Positions 14,831 to 22,987 of a stretch of DNA of 32,000 bases are shown one piece after another. Under the pieces are notes generated by a model. That model was not told the DNA's origin. It was given only the letters and a program-made list of their open reading frames with translations, and did no database searches. The DNA is from Erysipelotrichaceae bacterium (GTDB taxonomy: Bacteria > Bacillota_I > Bacilli_A > Erysipelotrichales > Erysipelotrichaceae). Positions within the stretch are counted from its first letter, which is position 1. Each line of letters opens with the position of its first letter. The DNA is taken from assembly GCA_963676105.1 (NCBI GenBank), contig OY781039.1:240001-272000 (forward strand), in the 5' to 3' direction. A program made the translations under genes and the position numbers.

Positions 14831-16156
14831 GTGATTGAATTAAAGAATTTAGTAAAGACGTATACAAGTCGTCGGGGTGTTCAAACACATGCTTTAACTG
14901 ATTTTTCTTTAACCTTACCAGATACAGGCTTAGTATTTATTCTAGGAAAATCTGGGAGTGGTAAATCAACCTTATTAAATATTTTGGGTGGATTAGATAA
15001 AGCAGATGAAGGTGAAGTATTAATTAATGGAAAAAATATTGAAGGCTATGATCAAAAAGAATTAGATTTTTATCGTAATGCTCATGTTGGGTTTGTATTT
15101 CAAGACTTTAATATTATTGATACGTTCAGTATTTATGAAAATGTAGGCTTAGCACTACAACTACAAGGTCAAAAAGCGGATAAGAATCGTATTGATAAAA
15201 TGCTAGACTTTGTTGATTTAAGCGGTTATGGAAAACGAAAAGGTAATGAAGTTTCAGGTGGTCAAAAACAACGTATCGCTGTTGCGCGAGCATTGATTAA
15301 AGAACCTACGATTATTTTAGCTGATGAACCAACGGGTAACTTAGATTTAAAAACATCGGATCAAATTATGCAATTACTTAAAAAGGTCTCTGAAGATAAT
15401 CTAGTTGTTGTGGTTTCTCATGATCCAGAAGAAGCAGAAGCTTTTGGCGATCGTGTCATTCATATTAAAGATGGCCATATTGTGAAAGATATAGGGAATA
15501 CGAGTGATAAACAATCTAATCGTGAATATCCTCAAATTCATCCAAAATTATCATTTATTGCCTCAATAAAATATGGTGTACATGCCTTATCTAAGAAAAA
15601 AGGTCAATTGTTAGTGACGAATTTTGTGGTGTCACTTAGTTTATTGTTTTCAGTATTACTTGGAGCATATTTAAGTTTTCTAAGTAATCCAAATCCAGAG
15701 TTACTAACTTTATTAACACCTGATGAATTAGATTTCATGACGCGTGATTTAATGGGTTATTTATCCCAGGATTCAGCGTTTAAACTTTTAATTGCGATGT
15801 ACATTATTTTTGTATCTGTTATTTATGTCTTCTTGTCTTTAAGTATTGCGCAACGAAAAAAACAAATTGGTATCTTTAAAGCCCTAGGTGCAAACACAGG
15901 AGATATTCTTAAAATCTTTGCTTGGGAAGGTATTATTATTACATTAGTTTCTGGTGTTTTCTCAACTTATTTAGGATTGTCTTATGCATTAGATATGAAT
16001 ATTAAATTTTTTGATTCATATAATTTGTTGATTGCGAACCCACTACAACTTGGGATCAATATTTTGGCATTATTAGTTATTACAGTAAGTTTCACGACTC
16101 TTTTGGTTTTATCAACCCTTAAAAAGAATTCAGTGATTTCTATTTTGAAGGCGTAG
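14831..16156 (+). CDS. Fused ABC ATPase-FtsX permease (MacB-like) with an almost absent extracytoplasmic domain
   Basis: The N-terminal nucleotide-binding domain has [28 protein letters not shown] and VSHD. The C-terminal FtsX domain has four TM segments, with only ~35 aa between TM1 and TM2. It starts at a GTG with AAGGAG upstream. Confidence 0.8.
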   Translation: MIELKNLVKTYTSRRGVQTHALTDFSLTLPDTGLVFILGKSGSGKSTLLNILGGLDKADEGEVLINGKNIEGYDQKELDFYRNAHVGFVFQDFNIIDTFSIYENVGLALQLQGQKADKNRIDKMLDFVDLSGYGKRKGNEVSGGQKQRIAVARALIKEPTIILADEPTGNLDLKTSDQIMQLLKKVSEDNLVVVVSHDPEEAEAFGDRVIHIKDGHIVKDIGNTSDKQSNREYPQIHPKLSFIASIKYGVHALSKKKGQLLVTNFVVSLSLLFSVLLGAYLSFLSNPNPELLTLLTPDELDFMTRDLMGYLSQDSAFKLLIAMYIIFVSVIYVFLSLSIAQRKKQIGIFKALGANTGDILKIFAWEGIIITLVSGVFSTYLGLSYALDMNIKFFDSYNLLIANPLQLGINILALLVITVSFTTLLVLSTLKKNSVISILKA

Positions 16157-16166
16157 GGATTGAAAT

Positions 16167-18215
16167 ATGATCGAAATTAAAAATATAAATAAAACATATA
16201 AAGCAAAATCAAAAAATAGTGTAGAAGCCATTAAAGGTGTTGATTTAGAATTTTCTCGTCATGGCTTAGTTTTCTTATTAGGTAAATCAGGTTCAGGTAA
16301 ATCTACTTTCCTTAATATATTAGGGGGATTAGATTCAGCTAATACATCACGTATTTATATCAATGGCGAAAAACTAGATCGATTCGATGAAACAACTTGT
16401 TCAAATTATCGTAATACCTATGTTGGTTTTATCTTTCAAGAATACAATTTATTAAATGAATTAAATGTTTATAAGAATATTGAATTAGCGCTGCAGATGA
16501 TTGGTCAAACTGAAGATAATCATGAGAAGATCATGAATGTCTTAAAACGTGTTGACCTTGAAGGCTTAGAAGATCGTGAACTTGATGAATTATCAGGTGG
16601 TCAAAAACAACGAGTTGCGATTGCACGTGCTTTAGTTAAAGATCCTACGATTATTTTAGCGGATGAACCAACAGGTAACTTAGACTCTGAAACATCTGAA
16701 CAAGTGTTTGAACTCTTTAAAGAGTTATCTAAAGACCGTTTAGTGATTGTGGTAACCCATGACTCAGAATATGCTCATGTCTATGGAGATCGAATAATTG
16801 AAATTTCAGATGGTGAAATTGTGGCAGACAGCGCACCTAAAGCAGATGAAGATCATTTAGATGTACCAAAAATGATTAAGCCAAAACTCCCTTGGGAATT
16901 TATCTTTAAGATGAGTATTGGTAATGTTTTAAATAATAAGTTAAGAATGGTTGTTACAGCTGTGATTACAGCATTCTTAGTAGCGATTTTATCGGCTGTA
17001 TATACAATGTTGTATGTATCAGATAGTGTGAATACAGATATTATGAGCTTATCAAATCAAGAACATGTTTTGATTACGCGTACAGTTCCTCAAGGTTTAT
17101 TCTTTAATTTCTCTTTTGATGGAGAAGATTTTACTTCAAACACCAACGAGATACCTCAAGAAAAAGTTGAAGGTGCTATTGAAATTTCTAACAATGCGAA
17201 TGCGACTTTATATGATAAGACCTATGTATTAGTTGATAACAATCCAATCGTGATTGCAGATTTAAACATTGATGCTTCTGATTTAGAAACTGACTATGTG
17301 GATGAACCACTAGAAGCCATGGTAAATACCATAAATCAAACACCTCTTACTTTCAGTGCAGTTGAAGAAAATAGTGTTCTTTATAAAGATTTATTGGGTT
17401 TTGTACCTCAAAATGACTCTGAAGTGGTTGTTTCTTCATATGTGGCTGATTGGTTGATTAATGCAGGTCTTGCAGAAAATCATCAATCGCTCATTGATGC
17501 ACAAGTTAATATTAGTTTAGATGGTTTAAATCCATTAAAACTTGTGGGGATTATTGAATATACAACACCTATCTTAAATCAAGAATTTACTGCATTGTAT
17601 ACGGTAGGGAATAGTTTCTATGTTCATGAATCATTCTTTGATCAAAGTATACAAACACATACTGAACAATATGGAATATATGTCGCGGATGTAGAAGATA
17701 TGCCAACTTTTACTCAAGATATAAAAAACTTGGGAACCATGACAGTAACACCTAACTATAAAGAAGATTTAAATCAATACACACGTTATGATTTAACACT
17801 TGTGATATCGGTTATAGTTCCTGTTATAGGGTATTTAGCCTTTGTCTTCTTAGCGAACTATATTTCATCTTCTATCTTATTTAGAAAGAAACAAATTGGT
17901 ATCTTAAGAGCGATTGGTAATTATATTTCAAATGTAGAACATATTTTTAGACTAGAAGCTATCTTTGTTGGGGCGATAGTCATGGCGCTTGTTTACTTCA
18001 TGATTCCAATTTTTGTGGATATCGTGAACTTTGCGTTTATGGTTCACTTCCAAGATACGTTCTTATCCTTCTATCACTATCAAATCTATCATGTTGGTTT
18101 AAGCTCAATTATTGAAATCTTCTTACTATTAAGCCTTATGATTACGGTTTTAACCTTTACATTAACCCACAACATCAATCTAATTGATCCAGTGGATGTT
18201 ATTAGCGGGCGATAA
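16167..18215 (+). CDS. Fused ABC ATPase-FtsX permease (MacB-like) with a ~270-aa extracytoplasmic domain
   Basis: The nucleotide-binding domain has [28 protein letters not shown] and VTHD. After TM1 there is a long hydrophilic domain with a MacB-periplasmic-domain-like pattern ([12 protein letters not shown]...LVGII), then a three-TM FtsX domain ([13 protein letters not shown]). Confidence 0.8.
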   Translation: MIEIKNINKTYKAKSKNSVEAIKGVDLEFSRHGLVFLLGKSGSGKSTFLNILGGLDSANTSRIYINGEKLDRFDETTCSNYRNTYVGFIFQEYNLLNELNVYKNIELALQMIGQTEDNHEKIMNVLKRVDLEGLEDRELDELSGGQKQRVAIARALVKDPTIILADEPTGNLDSETSEQVFELFKELSKDRLVIVVTHDSEYAHVYGDRIIEISDGEIVADSAPKADEDHLDVPKMIKPKLPWEFIFKMSIGNVLNNKLRMVVTAVITAFLVAILSAVYTMLYVSDSVNTDIMSLSNQEHVLITRTVPQGLFFNFSFDGEDFTSNTNEIPQEKVEGAIEISNNANATLYDKTYVLVDNNPIVIADLNIDASDLETDYVDEPLEAMVNTINQTPLTFSAVEENSVLYKDLLGFVPQNDSEVVVSSYVADWLINAGLAENHQSLIDAQVNISLDGLNPLKLVGIIEYTTPILNQEFTALYTVGNSFYVHESFFDQSIQTHTEQYGIYVADVEDMPTFTQDIKNLGTMTVTPNYKEDLNQYTRYDLTLVISVIVPVIGYLAFVFLANYISSSILFRKKQIGILRAIGNYISNVEHIFRLEAIFVGAIVMALVYFMIPIFVDIVNFAFMVHFQDTFLSFYHYQIYHVGLSSIIEIFLLLSLMITVLTFTLTHNINLIDPVDVISGR

Positions 18216-18217
18216 GT

Positions 18218-19336
18218 ATGTTAGCAATCGGTTTGATGTCAGGCACTTCACTTGATGGAGTTGATGCAGTCTTATGTGAGATTACAGGTGTCGATGAAAC
18301 AACACAAATCAAACAAATCGATTTTATCTGTGTGCCTTTTAAGTTAGCACTGAAAGAAAAATTACTAAATTTATTAGAAAATCATCATACAACAACACGT
18401 TTTATCAGTAGTTTAAATTTTGAACTTGGCTATGCATTTGCGGATGTTGTTAAAGAATTATTAAAAAGGAACCATCTGAAATCTTCAGATGTTTCTTTTG
18501 TTTCATCACATGGTCAAACCATTTATCATTTACCTAATCCAATTCAAGGGGAGTTTGCTTCAACACTACAGTTAGGTGAAGCTGCCGTTATTGCCTATGA
18601 ATGTGGTATACAAGTTGTATCAAATTTTAGAGTGATGGATATGGCAGCTGGTGGACAGGGTGCACCACTCGTACCTTTTAGTGAAAGTATTTTATATGGG
18701 CAAACAAGTGAGAGAACTGTTTTACTCAATCTAGGAGGTATCGCAAACATAACAGTTTTGGATGAAAAAATACTTGCGTTTGATACAGGTCCAGCCAATA
18801 TGATGATTGATGAAGCCATGAGAATCTTTTACAAAAAAGAATATGATGAGAATGCAGAAGTTGCACAAACAGGAATGATAAATGATGCATTATTTGATGT
18901 TTTAAAATCTCATCCTTATTTGACATTTAACTATCCAAAAACCACTGGTCGAGAAGATTTTGGAGCGGAATATGTTCAGTCTATTTTAGAAGATTTTAAA
19001 TTACTAGATTCCCAAGATATTATACGGACATTGACGTATTTTACTTCATATTGTGTCGCAAAAGCACTAAGTGATGTGGGTGGAACTTTTGATCGCTTAA
19101 TTGTCTCAGGTGGTGGTGCTTATAATCCACTGATTTTAAAAGATTTAGCTGATTTATGTGATGTTAAAGACGTATTAACGCAAGAAGATTTAGGGTATTC
19201 TTCTGCTTCAAAAGAAGCCATTGCCTTTGTCATTTGTGGAAATCAAACACTTCATCACAAACCATCAAACGTACCGAGCGTAACGGGTGCACAAAAGAAT
19301 CTAGTTTTAGGTAGTATCACAGCGATTCCTTATTAG
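18218..19336 (+). CDS. anmK: Anhydro-N-acetylmuramic acid kinase
   Basis: The protein is 372 aa with the N-terminal GLMSGTSLDGVDAVL motif and the later NLGGIAN, FDTGPAN and SGGGAYN motifs typical of AnmK. It starts 2 nt after the preceding stop. Confidence 0.9.
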   Translation: MLAIGLMSGTSLDGVDAVLCEITGVDETTQIKQIDFICVPFKLALKEKLLNLLENHHTTTRFISSLNFELGYAFADVVKELLKRNHLKSSDVSFVSSHGQTIYHLPNPIQGEFASTLQLGEAAVIAYECGIQVVSNFRVMDMAAGGQGAPLVPFSESILYGQTSERTVLLNLGGIANITVLDEKILAFDTGPANMMIDEAMRIFYKKEYDENAEVAQTGMINDALFDVLKSHPYLTFNYPKTTGREDFGAEYVQSILEDFKLLDSQDIIRTLTYFTSYCVAKALSDVGGTFDRLIVSGGGAYNPLILKDLADLCDVKDVLTQEDLGYSSASKEAIAFVICGNQTLHHKPSNVPSVTGAQKNLVLGSITAIPY

Positions 19337-19371
19337 AGTCGTTGTTTTTTTATGTTTGCGTATTACAAAAG

Positions 19372-19380
19372 TGATACAAT
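19372..19380 (+). promoter_or_regulatory. Extended -10 promoter candidate for the FtsX-ATPase-PASTA operon
   Basis: TGaTACAAT lies in the anmK-ftsX-like gap, 35 nt upstream of the ATG at 19416. Confidence 0.4.
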
Positions 19381-19415
19381 TATTGTGCGCTAAATGGAGC
19401 GTTATGGGGAGGCAT

Positions 19416-20822
19416 ATGAATTTTATACATCGAGCATTCTTAAGTATGACAAGACGCTTAGACAAAAGTTTATTATTGTTTTTAATTGTCTTTATTTTAA
19501 GTAATGTAATGGCAGGTTCGATTGCGATATCACAAGCATCTGAAAATGTCGAAGCAACAATGAAACAACAGTTGGGGGCAAATGCGACTGTTGAAATTGA
19601 TTATGAAAAAATCCAAGACTGGAATGAAGAACAGTGGCAAGAACTTATCTGGGTTACACCTGAAATGGTGGATAATATTGGCGCATTAGAACAAGTTAAA
19701 TATTATGACTATAATATTCAAGCTTGGATGATGGGGAATGATTTAAAAGAATATAACCCTAATAATGGTCCAACTGATTATGAAGCCTATTTTGAAGTCA
19801 AAGGTGTTCACTTTGCGGAGGTTTTAGATATTGCGACAGGAGAGGCAGACCTTGTTGATGGTCGTGTTTTCACACAAAGTGAAATTGACAATAATGAAGC
19901 GTTTGCGCTTGTTTCACAACAATTCGCTGAAGTGAATAATTTGAACTTAGGCGACTTAGTACTTTTATCTCAAAGTTTTTGGGATGAAGAAGGTGAAGAA
20001 ATCCGCCAAGACTTTTTCTTTGAAATTATTGGTCTATATTCACCTAATGTTGACTTAGAAAATAATGATGATCCTAATAGATGGATTGACTATACAGCCT
20101 TTAATCGTATCTATACATCCAATGGTGCAGTACAAGCTGTCAATGATTGGCAAAATGCGATGTATGCAGAAATTTATCCTGACATGGAATTAAACAATTT
20201 TGTGTATATCACACCTACGTTTGTTTTAAATGATCCTGAAGCTGTTGAAAGTTTTAAGGTGGATGCATTGGCGTTCTTACCTGATTATTATCGAGTTCGA
20301 GCAGATGCAGATGCTTATGAATCTGTAGCTGGACCAATTAACTTTATTGGTTCACTTTCAAATATGATCTTATGGGTTGCGATTTTTGCGACTATCCTAA
20401 TACTAAGTTTAGTTGTTGTACTATTCTTACGTGATCGAAAACATGAATTTGGTATTTATTTATCCCTTGGTGAAGCAAAATGGAAAGTTTTATCACAAAT
20501 TGTGGCTGAAGTATTCATCGTGTCTTTCTTAGCGATTACATTATCCATGTTCTCTGGAACAATGATTGCAGATGCAACATCACAAAGTATGATTGATATG
20601 GGTGTCGGTATGGATAATCCTGATGATGGATGGATTGAACCACTTTATTATTATGGGGGCAATAATATTTCTCAAGAAGATGTTATTAATGCCTATGATG
20701 TTAACTTTAATTTAGAATATGTCTTAGTACTCTATGGTGTGGGACTTGGAACTGTTTTAGTTTCAACGATTGCGCCAATGTTGTATCTTCTTAGATTGAA
20801 ACCTAAGAAGATCTTGATGTAA
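19416..20822 (+). CDS. FtsX-family ABC transporter permease with a large extracytoplasmic domain
   Basis: TM1 is LLLFLIVFILSNVMAGSIAI, followed by a ~270-aa hydrophilic domain and a C-terminal FtsX domain (FLRDRKHEFGIYLSLGE...). I prefer the ATG at 19416 (GGGAGG 5 nt upstream) over the track start at 19356. Confidence 0.8.
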   Translation: MNFIHRAFLSMTRRLDKSLLLFLIVFILSNVMAGSIAISQASENVEATMKQQLGANATVEIDYEKIQDWNEEQWQELIWVTPEMVDNIGALEQVKYYDYNIQAWMMGNDLKEYNPNNGPTDYEAYFEVKGVHFAEVLDIATGEADLVDGRVFTQSEIDNNEAFALVSQQFAEVNNLNLGDLVLLSQSFWDEEGEEIRQDFFFEIIGLYSPNVDLENNDDPNRWIDYTAFNRIYTSNGAVQAVNDWQNAMYAEIYPDMELNNFVYITPTFVLNDPEAVESFKVDALAFLPDYYRVRADADAYESVAGPINFIGSLSNMILWVAIFATILILSLVVVLFLRDRKHEFGIYLSLGEAKWKVLSQIVAEVFIVSFLAITLSMFSGTMIADATSQSMIDMGVGMDNPDDGWIEPLYYYGGNNISQEDVINAYDVNFNLEYVLVLYGVGLGTVLVSTIAPMLYLLRLKPKKILM

Positions 20823-20832
20823 GGAGAAACTT

Positions 20833-21507
20833 ATGGCTATTTTAAACATACAAAATTTAAACTATCACTATCAAGATGGCGAAAATATTAGAACCATTCT
20901 TAAAGATCTAAATGTTGAATTTGAACAAGGAAAATTCTATACAGTACTTGGACAATCAGGATCTGGCAAAACCACTCTATTATCTTTGTTGTCAGCTTTA
21001 GATACACCTAAGTCCGGGAAAATTCTATTCAACAATGAAGATATTGAAGAAATTGGTCATGAACATTTTAGACGTAATGCAATTGCGATTATTTTCCAAA
21101 GCTATAATTTAGTTCCATATATGACAGCGGTAGAGAATGTCATGGTACCAATGTCCATTACTGAAAATGATATTCCAAAAGATCGAAAAACAGTTGCATA
21201 TCATCTATTAGATTATATTGGCATCACAAAAACAAAAGCTGATCGAGTGGTTAATAAATTATCGGGTGGTGAACAACAACGAGTTGCGATTGCGCGTGCT
21301 CTCGCATCCAATGTTGATGTGATTTTAGCGGATGAACCAACTGGTAATTTAGATGAATCTTTAGAAGATGAAATTATTCAAATCTTTAAGGATTTAGCAC
21401 ACACACACAATAAATGCATCATTATGGTTACCCATAATAAACATATTGCGGATGAATCGGATGTATCCTATTTATTACATAAAGGAGTTTTAAGTATCAA
21501 TGAGTGA
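20833..21507 (+). CDS. ABC transporter ATP-binding protein (MacB/LolD-type)
   Basis: Motifs are [35 protein letters not shown] and VTHN. An AAGGAG ribosome-binding site lies upstream. Confidence 0.9.
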   Translation: MAILNIQNLNYHYQDGENIRTILKDLNVEFEQGKFYTVLGQSGSGKTTLLSLLSALDTPKSGKILFNNEDIEEIGHEHFRRNAIAIIFQSYNLVPYMTAVENVMVPMSITENDIPKDRKTVAYHLLDYIGITKTKADRVVNKLSGGEQQRVAIARALASNVDVILADEPTGNLDESLEDEIIQIFKDLAHTHNKCIIMVTHNKHIADESDVSYLLHKGVLSINE

Positions 21508-22843
21508 TTTTTTAAATAAATTTACCGATGAAAACTACAAAGATACCATCGATAAAAAAGTAGAAAGTCCTAAGAAAAAAACAAGTTCTCTAAAAAGAGC
21601 AGAACCAACAACTCAACGTCATGAGTTTGTTGAAGAGAGTTATAAGGATCCTAACTACAAAAAGCAACAACGTACAAAATGGGTATTAGTCATTGTATCA
21701 ACAGTTATTCTAATAGCTTTAGGTGTTTTTGGCTTTATTTGGATGAATCGAGTACGTGTAATCGATTTTGTGAATCAACCGATTGGGGATATGCAAACAT
21801 GGGCAGCTCGTAATGATTTAATCCTTCAAGTAGAAGAAGTATACTCCCTTGATGTAAGTGATAATACTGTTATTGAAATGACACCTGTAGGTGGAACAAC
21901 CATTTCAAAAGGGGATATCATCACAGTCGTGGTATCTATGGGTGCTGATCCTGATGAAATACTCGTTGTTCCAGATTTTACAGGTAGTTCATATATGGAT
22001 GTTCAAATGTGGATTGATGAAGTAAAAGCAAATAATATGCGAATCTCTTATGAATATTCTGAAACCATTGAAGCAGAAAATTTTGTTCGTATTAATTTCA
22101 GTGATACTAATACAACAAATAGCTCATATCAACGTAAAGATTATGCAATTGTCTATATCTCACGTGGACCACAAGTTTATGAAAAAGATATTGAAGTTCC
22201 AGCGTGGGTTAAAGACCAATCAACTCTTACAACTGCCCAAGCGTGGGCTGATACTAATGATATTGATTTAGTGATTAATTATGTTTATTCAGCATTACCA
22301 AACGACACGATTATTTATCAATCAGTTGCGGCCGAATCAATGGTTGCGAAAAATGATACTATCACCATATCTGTTTCTAAAGGCTTATCAGTTAGTGTGC
22401 CAGATTTCATTGATAAAAATATGACTACTGCAACTTCTATGATTGCCGAGTTGAATCTATTAGACAATGTTAGTGTCGATTTAATTGAAATGTACAATAA
22501 CACCAATGCATATGGAACGTATATTTGGCAAGATCATGAAGCTGGTGAAAAGATTGATGCATCCATCACAAAACCATTTGAAATGAGAGTTTATTATTCT
22601 TTAGGAAAACCTTTTATTAATTCTCAAGTCGGTTCACTCGAATCAGTTCTTACAAGTTACTTCTACAATTTAAATTTAAACTCTGCAGAACTATCTTATT
22701 CAGTTACATACAAAAACTGTACTTCAGTAACTGATCCTGTAAAAGGTCAAATCTGTTATCAATCAAAATACAATGAGTATGTTAATACAGGCACACATAT
22801 TGATTTGATTGTTCATGATCCATCAAGTTCACAAGCATATTAA
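21500..22843 (+). CDS. Single-pass membrane protein with five tandem PASTA-like repeats and no catalytic domain
   Basis: A ~60-aa K/E/S/T-rich N-terminal tail precedes the TM segment WVLVIVSTVILIALGVFGFIW. Five ~65-aa repeats follow, each opening with a V-(P)-D-F-like strand and closing with a PASTA-type strand (VVVSMG, VYISRG, ISVSKG, VYYSLG, DLIVHD). The start overlaps the ATPase stop by 8 nt. Confidence 0.7.
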   Translation: MSDFLNKFTDENYKDTIDKKVESPKKKTSSLKRAEPTTQRHEFVEESYKDPNYKKQQRTKWVLVIVSTVILIALGVFGFIWMNRVRVIDFVNQPIGDMQTWAARNDLILQVEEVYSLDVSDNTVIEMTPVGGTTISKGDIITVVVSMGADPDEILVVPDFTGSSYMDVQMWIDEVKANNMRISYEYSETIEAENFVRINFSDTNTTNSSYQRKDYAIVYISRGPQVYEKDIEVPAWVKDQSTLTTAQAWADTNDIDLVINYVYSALPNDTIIYQSVAAESMVAKNDTITISVSKGLSVSVPDFIDKNMTTATSMIAELNLLDNVSVDLIEMYNNTNAYGTYIWQDHEAGEKIDASITKPFEMRVYYSLGKPFINSQVGSLESVLTSYFYNLNLNSAELSYSVTYKNCTSVTDPVKGQICYQSKYNEYVNTGTHIDLIVHDPSSSQAY

Positions 22844-22844
22844 T

Positions 22845-22867
22845 AAAAGACTTCGGTCTTTTTTTGT
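22845..22867 (+). terminator. Rho-independent terminator after the PASTA gene
   Basis: AAAGAC pairs with GTCTTT across a TTCG loop, followed by T8. Confidence 0.8.
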
Positions 22868-22987
22868 TTAGTCGTTTTAGAGTGCTACCATTAAATTATA
22901 TTTCAAGACAATTTCCTAGGTTAAGTGGAAAAAGTAAGAATTCATAAAAAATGTTAATCAAACTAAAATGAAGGAGGAAAGGAATCC

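Noticed and set aside
18595-18926. Two overlapping minus-strand ORFs inside anmK
   Set aside because: They are antisense to a full-length AnmK orthologue and have no supporting signals.
19356-19415. 20-codon N-terminal extension of the FtsX permease ORF
   Set aside because: A GGGAGG Shine-Dalgarno sequence sits immediately before the internal ATG at 19416. The extension would also begin upstream of the predicted extended -10 box.
21398-21409. (CA)6 dinucleotide repeat inside the ABC ATPase gene as a possible phase-variation tract
   Set aside because: The tract is short and in frame, encoding AHTHN. It has no homologous tracts elsewhere in the window. It is below the repeat lengths usually associated with slipped-strand switching.
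22050-22506. ORFs 22050-22271 (+, alternate frame) and 22318-22506 (-) inside the PASTA gene
   Set aside because: They are nested in the 447-aa ORF, whose repeat architecture is coherent along its full length. The nested ORFs have no ribosome-binding site or motifs.
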